Of a DNA stretch of 64,000 nucleotides, positions 9,570 through 24,322 are shown one piece after another (positions within the stretch are counted from its first letter, which is position 1; every line of letters starts with the position of its first letter). Source of the DNA: Escherichia coli O157:H7 (lineage in GTDB: Bacteria > Pseudomonadota > Gammaproteobacteria > Enterobacterales > Enterobacteriaceae); NCBI RefSeq assembly GCF_013167455.1, contig NZ_CP038328.1. One strand, written 5' to 3'. The notes beneath the pieces were generated by a model, which saw only the letters and a program-made list of their open reading frames with translations, was not told where the DNA came from and made no database searches. The position numbers were made by a program, and so were the translations under genes.

Positions 9570-10331
9570 ATGATTTTAAGTGCATTTTCTCTCGAAGGTA
9601 AAGTTGCGGTCGTCACTGGTTGTGATACTGGGCTGGGCCAGGGGATGGCGTTGGGGCTGGCGCAAGCGGGCTGTGACATTGTTGGCATTAACATCGTTGA
9701 ACCGACTGAAACCATCAAGCAGGTCACGGCGCTGGGGCGTCGTTTTTTAAGCCTGACCGCCGATCTGCGAAAGATTGATGGTATTCCTGGACTGCTGGAT
9801 CGCGCGGTAGCTGAGTTTGGTCATATTGATATCCTGGTGAATAACGCCGGATTGATTCGCCGCGAAGATGCTCTCGAGTTCAGCGAAAAGGACTGGGACG
9901 ATGTCATGAACCTGAATATCAAGAGCGTATTCTTCATGTCTCAGGCAGCGGCGAAACACTTCATCGCGCAAGGCAATGGCGGCAAGATTATCAATATCGC
10001 GTCAATGCTCTCCTTCCAGGGCGGGATCCGTGTGCCTTCTTATACCGCATCAAAAAGCGGCGTGATGGGCGTGACGCGATTGATGGCGAATGAATGGGCT
10101 AAACACAACATTAATGTTAATGCGATAGCTCCGGGTTACATGGCGACCAACAATACCCAACAACTGCGGGCAGATGAACAACGTAGCGCGGAAATTCTCG
10201 ACCGCATTCCAGCTGGCCGTTGGGGACTGCCGAGTGACCTGATGGGGCCGGTAGTGTTTCTTGCCTCCAGCGCTTCAGATTATGTAAATGGTTATACCAT
10301 TGCTGTGGATGGCGGTTGGCTGGCGCGTTAA
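9570..10331 (+). CDS. kduD: 2-dehydro-3-deoxy-D-gluconate 5-dehydrogenase (short-chain dehydrogenase)
   Basis: 253-aa SDR ORF (GxxxGxG NAD motif, YxxxK) immediately downstream of kduI. Confidence 0.93.
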   Translation: MILSAFSLEGKVAVVTGCDTGLGQGMALGLAQAGCDIVGINIVEPTETIKQVTALGRRFLSLTADLRKIDGIPGLLDRAVAEFGHIDILVNNAGLIRREDALEFSEKDWDDVMNLNIKSVFFMSQAAAKHFIAQGNGGKIINIASMLSFQGGIRVPSYTASKSGVMGVTRLMANEWAKHNINVNAIAPGYMATNNTQQLRADEQRSAEILDRIPAGRWGLPSDLMGPVVFLASSASDYVNGYTIAVDGGWLAR

Positions 10332-10354
10332 TTCATTCCTCTTACTTTTATGAC

Positions 10355-10378
10355 CCTGCCGCATGGCAGGGTTTTTTA
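10355..10378 (+). terminator. rho-independent terminator after kduD
   Basis: Hairpin CCCTGCC-GCATG-GCAGGG followed by TTTTTT. Confidence 0.7.
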
Positions 10379-10645
10379 TATCTCTAGATCATCATAATCC
10401 ATATCATGGTTATGAAATAATCCATATCAATTATCAATTAATGAACTTTATGAATTTTATCTGCTTTAAAATTAGGTGGTTAATAATAATCTCAATAATT
10501 CAACTTAATTTTAAAATTGGAATATCCATCACATAACGGCATGTCGCAGCAATTTAATCCATATTTATGCTGTTTCCGACCTGACACCTGTGTGAATTGT
10601 TCACGTATTTTTTCACTATGTCTTACTCTCTGCTGGCAGGAAAAA

Positions 10646-12064
10646 ATGGTTACTATCAATACGGAATCTGCTTTAACGCCACGTTCTTTGCGTGATACGC
10701 GGCGTATGAATATGTTTGTTTCGGTAGCTGCTGCGGTCGCAGGATTGTTATTTGGTCTTGATATCGGCGTAATCGCCGGAGCGTTGCCGTTCATTACCGA
10801 TCACTTTGTGCTGACCAGTCGTTTGCAGGAATGGGTGGTTAGTAGCATGATGCTCGGCGCAGCAATTGGTGCGCTGTTTAATGGTTGGCTGTCGTTCCGC
10901 CTGGGGCGTAAATACAGCCTGATGGCGGGGGCCATCCTGTTTGTACTCGGTTCTATAGGGTCCGCTTTTGCGACCAGCGTAGAGATGTTAATCGCCGCTC
11001 GTGTGGTGCTGGGCATTGCTGTCGGGATCGCGTCTTACACCGCTCCTCTGTATCTTTCTGAAATGGCAAGTGAAAACGTTCGCGGTAAGATGATCAGTAT
11101 GTACCAGTTGATGGTCACACTCGGCATCGTGCTGGCGTTTTTATCCGATACAGCGTTCAGTTATAGCGGTAACTGGCGCGCAATGTTGGGGGTTCTTGCT
11201 TTACCAGCAGTCCTGCTGATTATTCTGGTGGTCTTCCTGCCAAATAGCCCGCGCTGGCTGGCGGAAAAGGGGCGTCATATTGAGGCGGAAGAAGTGTTGC
11301 GTATGCTGCGCGATACGTCGGAAAAAGCGCGAGAAGAACTCAACGAAATTCGTGAAAGCCTGAAGTTAAAACAAGGCGGTTGGGCACTGTTTAAGATCAA
11401 CCGTAACGTCCGTCGTGCTGTGTTTCTCGGTATGTTGTTGCAGGCGATGCAGCAGTTTACCGGTATGAACATCATCATGTACTATGCGCCGCGTATCTTC
11501 AAAATGGCGGGCTTTACGACCACAGAACAACAGATGATTGCGACTCTGGTCGTGGGACTGACCTTTATGTTCGCGACCTTCATTGCGGTCTTTACGGTAG
11601 ATAAAGCAGGTCGTAAACCGGCTCTGAAAATTGGTTTCAGCGTGATGGCGTTAGGCACTCTGGTGCTGGGCTATTGCCTGATGCAGTTTGATAACGGTAC
11701 GGCTTCCAGTGGCTTGTCCTGGCTCTCTGTTGGCATGACGATGATGTGTATTGCCGGTTATGCGATGAGCGCCGCGCCAGTGGTGTGGATCCTGTGCTCT
11801 GAAATTCAGCCGCTGAAATGCCGCGATTTCGGTATTACCTGTTCGACGACGACAAACTGGGTGTCGAATATGATTATCGGCGCGACCTTCCTGACACTGC
11901 TTGATAGCATTGGCGCTGCCGGTACGTTCTGGCTCTACACTGCGCTGAACATTGCGTTTGTGGGCATCACTTTCTGGCTCATTCCGGAAACCAAAAATGT
12001 CACGCTGGAACATATCGAACGCAAACTGATGGCAGGCGAGAAGTTGAGAAATATCGGCGTCTGA
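10646..12064 (+). CDS. araE: arabinose:H+ symporter (MFS)
   Basis: ORF-track ORF starts at 10517, but the AraE N-terminus [30 protein letters not shown] begins at ATG 10646 (472 aa). Confidence 0.93.
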
Positions 12065-12070
12065 TTTCAC

Positions 12071-12104
12071 GGGCCGGATGTGCTGTACATCCGGCCCTTT
12101 TTTC
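12071..12104 (+). terminator. rho-independent terminator after araE
   Basis: Hairpin GGGCCGGATGT-GCTGTAC-ATCCGGCCC followed by TTTTTT. Confidence 0.75.
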
Positions 12105-12192
12105 GTTAATAGAGATCGGGCACCTGGCCGTTGAGGCGTTTGTCTCGTTCCTTATTCAGCCTTGTTGCGGTAACACACATCAGGAGAGAGGA

Positions 12193-12885
12193 ATGAAAAC
12201 AATTGGTTTGCTGGGAGGAATGAGCTGGGAATCCACCATTCCTTACTATCGTCTGATAAATGAAGGCATTAAACAGCGGCTTGGTGGGCTTCACTCTGCG
12301 CAAGTGCTGCTACATAGCGTCGATTTTCATGAAATAGAAGAGTGCCAGCGTCGCGGGGAATGGGATAAAACCGGGGACATTCTGGCTGAGGCGGCGCTTG
12401 GCTTACAGCGGGCGGGCGCAGAAGGTATTGTGTTATGTACCAATACGATGCATAAAGTGGCGGATGCCATTGAGTCACGTTGCACTCTGCCTTTCTTACA
12501 CATTGCGGATGCCACCGGACGTGCAATTACCGGGGCCGGAATGACTCGTGTGGCGCTGCTGGGTACGCGTTACACCATGGAACAGGATTTTTATCGCGGG
12601 CGGCTGACGGAACAATTTTCCATCAATTGTCTTATTCCTGAAGCGGATGAACGGGCGAAAATTAATCAGATTATTTTTGAAGAACTGTGTCTGGGGCAAT
12701 TTACCGAAGCGTCACGCGCTTATTATGCGCAAGTGATTGCTCGCCTTGCAGAACAGGGCGCACAGGGCGTCATTTTTGGCTGCACAGAAATTGGTTTACT
12801 GGTGCCAGAAGAGCGCAGTGTTTTGCCTGTGTTTGATACTGCGGCGATCCATGCCGAGGATGCTGTCGCTTTTATGCTGTCGTAG
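12193..12885 (+). CDS. ygeA: Asp/Glu-racemase-family amino-acid racemase
   Basis: 230-aa ORF; recognised sequence; 3' end overlaps the convergent lysR by 14 nt. Confidence 0.9.
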
Positions 12886-13807
12886 CTGACGACAAAATAG
12901 CGTCAAGAGAAGTGACCAGTTTCGGTAACCCCGCTTGTAAATGCTCACTAAACGCCTGCACCAGCGCTGATGACGGGCGGTGCAGGGGGCGGATCAGGCT
13001 GACGGTGAACGGAACCGCAATACTGAACCGCCGCACCACTAAACCGCTTGCCGCATAATCCAGTGCGGTGAGCGGGTTAACCACCGAAACACCTACCCCC
13101 GCCCGTACCATTGCGCAGACTGACGCGGCGCTGTGGGTTTCTACGATCATGCGTCGTTTAACCTGATGTTCAGTAAATAGCTGATCCAGCAACTGGCGAT
13201 AGCTGTCAGTACGGGAAAGGCTGATGTAGTTCTCACCCTGAAAATCATCCGGCGTTAATACCTTTTTTACCGCCAGCGGATGACCCGGAGGTAACACACA
13301 CAATTCATCTAAAGAGAGTAATTCGGTACGTTCTGTTCCCGCAGGCGTATGGAGTGTCTCAGTGAGTCCTAAATCATGACGCTGGGCCGAGAGCCACTCT
13401 TCAAGTAGCGGTGATTCCTGGGGCACGATATTTAAGCTGACATCGGGATAACGTACCAGAAAGGGTTGCAGGAGCTGCGGTAAAAAAGATTGCGAAAAGA
13501 CCGGCAGGCAGGCAATAGACAGTTCTCCCTGGCGAAACTCGCGCAGACTTTCTGCGGCGCTGACAATGCGATCCAGTCCGTACCAGGATCGTTGCACTTC
13601 TTCAAACAGACGCAGTCCTTGCACGGTAGGATGTAATCGTCCACGTACGCGCTCAAACAATTTCAGCCCGATCACCTTCTCAAAGCGCGCCAGTTCGCGG
13701 CTGACGGTTGGCTGTGAGGTGTGTAGCAGGTGTGCTGCCTCAGTCAGGCTTCCGGCGGTCATTACCGCATGAAAAATTTCAATATGACGTAAGTTAACGG
13801 CGGCCAT
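12872..13807 (-). CDS. lysR: LysR-type transcriptional activator of lysA
   Basis: 311-aa ORF with N-terminal HTH; divergent from lysA. Confidence 0.93.
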
Positions 13808-13928
13808 TAGCGCTCTCTCGCAATCCGGTAATCCATATCATTTTTGCATAGACTCGACATAAATCGATATTTTTTATTCTTTTTATGATGTGGCGTAATC
13901 ATAAAAAAGCACTCATCTGGAGTTTGTT
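13808..13928. promoter_or_regulatory. lysR-lysA divergent promoter/operator region
   Basis: 121-bp AT-rich gap between divergent lysR and lysA; binding sites not individually mapped. Confidence 0.5.
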
Positions 13929-15191
13929 ATGCCACATTCACTGTTCAGCACCGATACCGATCTCACCGCCGAAAATCTGCTGCGTTTGCCCGCTGAATTT
14001 GGCTGCCCGGTGTGGGTCTACGATGCGCAAATTATTCGTCGGCAGATTGCAGCGCTGAAACAGTTTGATGTGGTGCGCTTTGCACAGAAAGCCTGTTCCA
14101 ATATTCATATTTTGCGCTTAATGCGTGAGCAGGGCGTGAAAGTGGATTCCGTCTCGTTAGGCGAAATAGAGCGTGCGTTGGCGGCGGGTTACAATCCGCA
14201 AACGCACCCCGATGATATTGTTTTTACGGCAGATGTTATCGATCAGGCGACGCTTGAACGCGTCAGTGAATTGCAAATTCCGGTGAATGCGGGTTCTGTT
14301 GATATGTTCGACCAACTGGGCCAGGTTTCGCCAGGGCATCGGGTATGGCTGCGCGTTAATCCGGGGTTTGGTCACGGACATAGCCAAAAAACCAATACCG
14401 GTGGCGAAAACAGCAAGCACGGTATCTGGTACACCGATCTGCCCGCCGCACTGGACGTGATACAACGTCATCATCTGCAGCTGGTCGGCATTCACATGCA
14501 CATTGGTTCTGGCGTTGATTATGCCCATCTGGAACAGGTGTGTGGTGCTATGGTGCGTCAGGTCATCGAATTCGGTCAGGATTTACAGGCTATTTCTGCG
14601 GGCGGTGGGCTTTCTATTCCTTATCAACAGGGTGAAGAGGCGGTTGATACCGAACATTATTATGGTCTGTGGAATGCCGCGCGTGAGCAAATCGCCCGCC
14701 ATTTGGGCCACCCTGTGAAACTGGAAATTGAACCGGGTCGCTTCCTGGTAGCGCAGTCTGGCGTGTTAATTACTCAGGTGCGGAGCGTCAAACAAATGGG
14801 TAGCCGCCACTTTGTGCTGGTTGATGCCGGGTTTAACGATCTGATGCGCCCGGCAATGTACGGTAGTTACCACCATATCAGTGCCCTGGCAGCTGATGGT
14901 CGTTCTCTGGAACACGCACCAACGGTGGAAACCGTCGTCGCCGGACCGTTATGTGAATCGGGCGATGTCTTTACCCAGCAGGAAGGGGGAAATGTTGAAC
15001 CCCGCGCCTTGCCGGAAGTGAAGGCAGGTGATTATCTGGTACTGCATGATACAGGGGCATATGGCGCATCAATGTCATCCAACTACAATAGCCGTCCGCT
15101 GTTACCAGAAGTTCTGTTTGATAATGGTCAGGCGCGGTTGATTCGCCGTCGCCAGACCATCGAAGAATTACTGGCGCTGGAATTGCTTTAA
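13929..15191 (+). CDS. lysA: diaminopimelate decarboxylase
   Basis: 420-aa ORF; PLP-dependent decarboxylase fold; recognised. Confidence 0.95.
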   Translation: MPHSLFSTDTDLTAENLLRLPAEFGCPVWVYDAQIIRRQIAALKQFDVVRFAQKACSNIHILRLMREQGVKVDSVSLGEIERALAAGYNPQTHPDDIVFTADVIDQATLERVSELQIPVNAGSVDMFDQLGQVSPGHRVWLRVNPGFGHGHSQKTNTGGENSKHGIWYTDLPAALDVIQRHHLQLVGIHMHIGSGVDYAHLEQVCGAMVRQVIEFGQDLQAISAGGGLSIPYQQGEEAVDTEHYYGLWNAAREQIARHLGHPVKLEIEPGRFLVAQSGVLITQVRSVKQMGSRHFVLVDAGFNDLMRPAMYGSYHHISALAADGRSLEHAPTVETVVAGPLCESGDVFTQQEGGNVEPRALPEVKAGDYLVLHDTGAYGASMSSNYNSRPLLPEVLFDNGQARLIRRRQTIEELLALELL

Positions 15192-15197
15192 CTGCGG

Positions 15198-16229
15198 TTA
15201 GTCGCTGGTTGCATGATGACTTGCCTCCAGCGACGGAGTTGACACTGAATGACGACGTACCAGCGTCGGACTAAAGACATTAGTGATTTCCGGGAGAGGG
15301 CGATTATCCGCCAGCGCCAAAGCCAGTTCGGCAGCCTGGGTCGCCATCGTCACGATTGGGTAACGCACGGTGGTCAGGCGCGGACGCACATAGCGTGACA
15401 CCAGCACATCATCAAAGCCAATTAACGAAATCTCACCCGGTACATCAATACCATTATCATTGAGAACGCCCATCGCACCCGCCGCCATTGAATCGTTATA
15501 ACAGGCTACCGCAGTGAAATTTCTTCCTCGTCCCAAAAGCTCGGTCATTGCCTGTTCGCCGCCGCTTTCGTCTGGTTCGCCAAATGTCACCAGCCGGTCA
15601 TTGGCCGCAATACCACTTTCAGCAAGGGCATCGTAATACCCTTGCAGACGATCTTCGGCGTCAGAAATAGAGTGGTTAGAGCACAGATAACCAATGCGGG
15701 TATGACCTTGCTGAATTAAATGACGCGTAGCCAGCCAGGCACCGTAACGATCGTCCAGAGCAATACAACGGTTTTCAAAGCCAGGCAGGATACGGTTGAT
15801 CAGCACCATACCGGGCATTTGTTTCAATAATGAGGCTAAATCGGCATCCGGGATCATTTTGGCATGGACGACCAACGCAGCACAGCGATGGCGGATCAGT
15901 TGCTCAATGGCCTGACGCTCTTTTTGTTCGTTGTGGTAACCATTGCCAATCAATAAGAAATTACCGGTGTGATAAGCCACCTGTTCGACCGCTTTCACCA
16001 TTGCACCGAAAAACGGATCGGAAACATCACCAACGACCAGACCGACCGTTTCAGTGGTCTGCTGCGCCAGCGCACGGGCGTTGGCGTTCGGGTGATAGCT
16101 AAGAGACTCCATTGCACTATGCACAGCCAGCCGGGAAGCTTCGCTGGCTTTGGGTGAATTATTAATGACGCGGGAAACGGTGGCGACTGAAACGCCTGCC
16201 AGTCGGGCTACATCCTTTATGGTCGCCAT
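15198..16229 (-). CDS. galR: galactose repressor (LacI family)
   Basis: 343-aa ORF starting MATIKDVARLAGVSVATVSRVIN (LacI-type HTH). Confidence 0.95.
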   Translation of the reverse strand: MATIKDVARLAGVSVATVSRVINNSPKASEASRLAVHSAMESLSYHPNANARALAQQTTETVGLVVGDVSDPFFGAMVKAVEQVAYHTGNFLLIGNGYHNEQKERQAIEQLIRHRCAALVVHAKMIPDADLASLLKQMPGMVLINRILPGFENRCIALDDRYGAWLATRHLIQQGHTRIGYLCSNHSISDAEDRLQGYYDALAESGIAANDRLVTFGEPDESGGEQAMTELLGRGRNFTAVACYNDSMAAGAMGVLNDNGIDVPGEISLIGFDDVLVSRYVRPRLTTVRYPIVTMATQAAELALALADNRPLPEITNVFSPTLVRRHSVSTPSLEASHHATSD

Positions 16230-16442
16230 GAAAATACCTTAGTGGGTAAACGCTTACATTGTTTCAGTGTTACGGAAAACGCCCGTTGGTTCAAGGGGCG
16301 GCGTGTTTTCATCGTGGGAATGTGAGCCAAACGCAAATAAGTAAGACAAAAAAAGAGATTGCAAACCTTTGGTTACACTTTGCGAAACGCTGTTGCGATT
16401 GACCGCTGGTGGCGTTTGGCTTCAGGTTGCTAAAGTGGTGAT

Positions 16443-16525
16443 CCCAGAGGTATTGATAGGTGAAGTCAACTTCGGGTTGAGCACATGAATTACACCAGCC
16501 TGCGCAGATGCGCAGGTTTTTTTTT
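16443..16525 (+). ncRNA. omrB: OmrB small regulatory RNA (Hfq-dependent, OmpR-regulated)
   Basis: Sequence CCCAGAGGTATTGATAGGTGAAGTCAACTTCGGGTTGAGCACATGAATTACACCAGCCTGCGCAGATGCGCAGG followed by a T-run; recognised as OmrB. Confidence 0.85.
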
Positions 16526-16639
16526 GCCGGTCATCAATCTGTAACAGTAACCGACAATTTACACACCTCGTTGCATTTCCCTTCATTCCTTTGCGTTTTC
16601 TCGCTGGCGAAGAGTCGTCGTGCAGACCACAATCAAGAT

Positions 16640-16727
16640 CCCAGAGGTATTGATTGGTGAGATTATTCGGTACGCTCTTCGTACCCTGTCTCTTGCACCA
16701 ACCTGCGCGGATGCGCAGGTTTTTTTT
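16640..16727 (+). ncRNA. omrA: OmrA small regulatory RNA (paralogue of OmrB)
   Basis: Sequence CCCAGAGGTATTGATTGGTGAGATTATTCGGTACGCTCTTCGTACCCTGTCTCTTGCACCAACCTGCGCGGATGCGCAGG followed by a T-run; shares 5' and 3' ends with OmrB. Confidence 0.85.
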
Positions 16728-16793
16728 CGCACCTAATTTACTGTCGCTCGCGTTCTTTATCTCGTGTAATCTCCCTCCATTCGCTTTTACTGA

Positions 16794-20211
<3,418 letters not shown>

Positions 20212-21267
20212 TTTTCAGCTGATCCATCGTGGTTGCGCCCAGCAGAGTGCTGGCAACAAACGGTTGACGGCGTACAAACGCGAGCGCCATCTGAGCAGGG
20301 GCCAGGCCATGACGTCTGGCGATATCAACATACGCCGCGACGGCTTTTTGCGTTTGCTCACCGCTATAGCGGGTGAACCGACTAAAGAGCGTATTACGTG
20401 CGCCAGCGGGTTTTGCACCATTGAGATATTTCCCGGTCAGCGTGCCGAAACCCAGGCACGAATAGGCCAGCAGTTCGACCCCTTCATACTGGCTGACTTC
20501 TGCCAGACCTACTTCAAAACTGCGGTTTAACAGACTGTAAGGGTTCTGAATGGTGACAATACGCGGCAGATCGTGTTTGTCCGCCAGATGCAGGTAGCGC
20601 ATTACGCCAAATGCAGTTTCGTTCGACACGCCGATATAACGAATTTTTCCCGCTCGTTGGTACTCTGCCAGTGCGTCCAGCGTATCCAGCAGCGAAACCG
20701 CAGGCGCAGAATCTGTCCAGCTATAACCGAGTTTGCCGAAGCAGTTGGTTGGGCGCTGCGGCCAGTGCACCTGATAAAGATCGAGGTAATCAGTCTGCAG
20801 ACGCTTGAGGCTGTCATGCAGCGCTTCGCGGATATTCTTCCGATCCAGCGCCTGATCCGGGCGGATGCCCTTGTCATTATTGCGCGACGGTCCGCTCACT
20901 TTGGAGGCGATAATTAACTTTTCGCGGCTGCCATGTTTCGCCAGCCAGTTGCCGACGTAGGTTTCGGTTAACCCTTGCGTTTCGGGGCGCGGAGGTACTG
21001 GGTACATTTCGGCAACGTCGATAAGGTTAATGCCCTGAGCGACGGCATAGTCGAGTTGTGCGTGGGCGTCGGCTTCGCTGTTCTGTTCACCAAACGTCAT
21101 CGTGCCAAGCCCCAGCGTGCTGACTTCCAGCGAACTGTGGGGTATACGGTGATATTGCATAGCCGTTTCCTTTTTATAATCACGACATAAGGAATATAAA
21201 AATGGCAGAGGGAAGGGAAAAGGGAAAGAGAAAAATCTTAAGGCCAGCCGGATGCTGACCTTATTTG

Positions 21268-21486
21268 TTAACGTTCAATTATTTGCGAAACATCATCACG
21301 GTTAATTTGCATCGCGTTACCTTGCTGATCGTGATAACTCACCAGCCCGGTATCATCATCAATTTCAGGTTTTCCATCGGTCAAAATCATACGGCCATCT
21401 TTGGTCGCCATGACGTAATCACTGGAACACCCGGAAACAGCAAACGCCAGTCCGACTGCAGAAATTATTACTGCCCATTTTTTCAT
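21268..21486 (-). CDS. ygdR: small lipoprotein (DUF903)
   Basis: 72-aa ORF with signal peptide and lipobox (VSGC); paralogue of ygdI. Confidence 0.85.
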
Positions 21487-21623
21487 CCGGTTATCCTCAT
21501 TTGGCCCACCTATGATAATAGTCTGTTTATAAACTGACGTTATATATCTTGAAAGCAGGAAAATCTTAAACTGTGAGGGTAACAGAAGTGAGTACGCCCT
21601 CCCGCAGGAGAGCGTACGGAGTA

Positions 21624-22337
21624 TCAGAGCGGGTTCTTTTTGTTGCGAATCAGGTTGAGGCTTTCAACCGCAATAGAGAAGAACATCGCGAAGTAGATGT
21701 AACCTTTCGGTACGTGGATGTCGAAACTTTCCAGAATCAGGGTAAAGCCCACCAGAATCAGGAAAGAGAGCGCCAGCATTTTTACCGAAGGATGGCGCTC
21801 GACAAAATCACCAATCGAGCGCGCGGCGAACATCATCACGCCTACGGCAATCACCACGGCGGCCATCATAATAAACAGGTGATCTGACAGACCCACAGCG
21901 GTAATCACCGAGTCGAGGCTGAAGATAATATCCAGCAGCATAATCTGCACGATAGCGCCGAGGAATGATGAAACGCGTGTTTTCAGCCCTTCTTCTTCAC
22001 CTTCAATGGATTCGTGGATTTCCTTGCTGGCTTTCCAGATAAGGAACAAGCCACCCAGAAGCAGAATCAAGTCACGGGCAGAAATTTCCTGACTGAATAT
22101 TGTAAAAAGCGGATTCGTCAGGCGCGTAACCCAGGCGATTGATGCCAGCAGCGCCAGACGCATAACCATGGCTCCCGCCAACCCCAGACGGCGCGCATGA
22201 GCACGTTGTGCTGTGGGGAGCTTTGCCACCACCAGAGAAAGGAAAATAATATTGTCGATCCCAAGAACGATCTCCAGCAGCGTCAGCGTACCGAGCGCAA
22301 GCCAGGCGTTAGGATCGGTTATCCATGCAAATAACAT
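21624..22337 (-). CDS. ygdQ: TerC-family inner-membrane protein
   Basis: 237-aa polytopic membrane ORF; recognised. Confidence 0.88.
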
Positions 22338-22405
22338 CTAAAAAGCCCTGCCAAAAAAATGAAGCGGTAATTATATGCCCGGAAAGCGGCAGGTCAAAGC
22401 GATGG

Positions 22406-23095
22406 CTACTGGATCAGAAAATGACGGGCCAGTAGTGCACTGGTGAAATTCTTCTTCAAATAAAAGCCGCGCGGCAGCGTCAGAATCCGTTCGCCCCGTG
22501 CACCAATGGCTTCGGTAAGCGCTTTCGCATTCGCTGCTTTCGGTCGTATCTGTAAATACTCCCCGTGACGAGCGGTAATCCGCTCAACCTGACCGAGAAC
22601 AATCATATCCATTAATTCTTCCCAGTCTTCGCGTAGCTGCCGGTCTTCCTCTTCATTCGGGCTCCACAGCAACGGTGATCCAACGCGACGCTGCGCCAGC
22701 GGGATGCTGCGCTCGCCTTCAACCGGTATCCACAGTACGCGTTTGAGTTTGTGGCGCACGTGGCTGGTTTCCCAGGTCACTCCGCTATTGCCCGTTAACG
22801 GGGCAACACAAACGAATGTTGTTTCCAGCGGACGACCAAGACTATCCACAGGGATAGTTTTAAGTTCCACGCCCAGAGCAGCAAAATCTTGTTCAGGTTT
22901 ACTCCCTGCGCTGGCACCTAGCCAGATCTCCAGTAACACGCCAATCCAGCCCTTATCGCGTTTTAAATTCTCTGGCGTAACCAGCCCGGCAAGTGCCGCC
23001 AGTTCTCCCAATGTATAACCAGAAAGTTGCTGTGCTTGCGCTAACAACTGTTCTTCAGTTTCGGGAGGAGAGAGCAGTGGGCGAGGTTGGGACAT
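22406..23095 (-). CDS. mutH: DNA mismatch repair endonuclease MutH
   Basis: 229-aa ORF starting [37 protein letters not shown]. Confidence 0.95.
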
Positions 23096-23279
23096 GTCAT
23101 GATACCTTGGTTAAAAAACAAACAGCAATTATGTGCCGAATATTCGCAGTGTAACTTTTTCCACATGCGTTGTTCAATTATCTGATTTATATTGCTTTTT
23201 AGGTTGCCGGTAATCGAGTTGCGCAACACTGCAACGGGTTTTCCAAATCTGGTCACTGAAAATAAACAGGATCTTACAC

Positions 23280-23640
23280 CATGTTATCCACAGAAAGCTG
23301 GGATAACTGTGAAAAACCTCCACTACTGTTTCCATTTACAGCCTTGACGTGCGACGAAACTCCAGTTTTTAGTGGTTCAGTGCTTAACTTAGTGGCACAT
23401 TCTGTGGATAAATACGGCATTGGTTGATCTTTCGCCAACCCGTAAATGAGAGGTGTGACCTGGGTCACGAATTACTCTTTTTCATTACTTAAATTACATG
23501 TAATGCATTGACTAATAATGAATATTTTAAAATGTCTATATCGGGCTTATTCAGAATGCTCCGGGTTTTCCCGTAGTAATTCCGTAGTTCTTCACAACTC
23601 TATCCACAGAAAAGGTGAATAAAAACGGCTATCCACCCCT
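23280..23640. promoter_or_regulatory. DARS2-like DnaA-box cluster (DnaA-reactivating sequence) in the mutH-rppH intergenic region
   Basis: Perfect DnaA boxes TTATCCACA at 23284-23292 and TGTGGATAA (opposite orientation) at 23403-23411; near-consensus boxes cTATCCACA at 23600-23608 and cTATCCACc at 23629-23637; DARS2 is reported in the mutH-ygdP(rppH) gap. Confidence 0.55.
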
Positions 23641-23779
23641 TCCTCTGTTTATAACTCTGCACATAACTGTGAGTTATTCAATTGTTGTTAGTGTGTAATG
23701 CCCTGCAGAGAGTGGTTTACCGTCTTCCTGGAGTATGAAACAATCATTCGTATATAAAGCTTTATTTTGAGGTAGTCCG

Positions 23780-24310
23780 GTGATTGATGACGATGGCTAC
23801 CGCCCAAACGTAGGTATCGTGATTTGTAATCGCCAGGGGCAGGTAATGTGGGCCCGGCGATTTGGTCAGCACTCCTGGCAATTTCCGCAAGGCGGAATCA
23901 ACCCCGGAGAATCCGCAGAGCAGGCGATGTACCGTGAATTGTTTGAAGAAGTAGGATTAAGCCGCAAAGACGTTCGAATCCTTGCTTCAACGCGTAACTG
24001 GTTGCGCTACAAATTACCGAAACGTTTGGTGCGTTGGGACACGAAGCCGGTTTGTATCGGCCAAAAACAAAAATGGTTTCTCTTGCAGCTGGTGAGCGGC
24101 GATGCAGAAATCAATATGCAAACCAGCAGTACACCAGAGTTTGACGGCTGGCGATGGGTAAGTTACTGGTATCCGGTCAGACAGGTGGTGTCATTTAAAC
24201 GTGATGTCTACCGTAGGGTAATGAAAGAGTTCGCGAGTGTGGTGATGTCACTGCAGGAAAATACGCCAAAACCACAAAACGCATCTGCTTATCGACGTAA
24301 AAGAGGTTAA
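23780..24310 (+). CDS. rppH: RNA pyrophosphohydrolase (Nudix)
   Basis: 176-aa ORF with Nudix box (…[22 protein letters not shown]…). Confidence 0.93.
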
Positions 24311-24322
24311 GTCACGCCAATT

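Noticed and set aside
10517-10645. N-terminal extensions of ORF-track ORFs (araE from 10517, ppdB from 28801, argA to 43581, amiC from 43657, mltA from 45297, csdA to 49456, xni to 61792)
   Set aside because: The recognised protein N-termini (signal peptides, prepilin motifs, known first residues) begin at internal start codons; the extensions are upstream in-frame sequence, in the mltA case running into a tRNA gene.
23041-23468. Small minus-strand ORFs (71 and 64 aa) in the mutH-rppH gap
   Set aside because: They overlap the DnaA-box cluster interpreted as DARS2 and have no convincing ribosome-binding sites; a small annotated protein here cannot be excluded, but the sequence gives no positive evidence.
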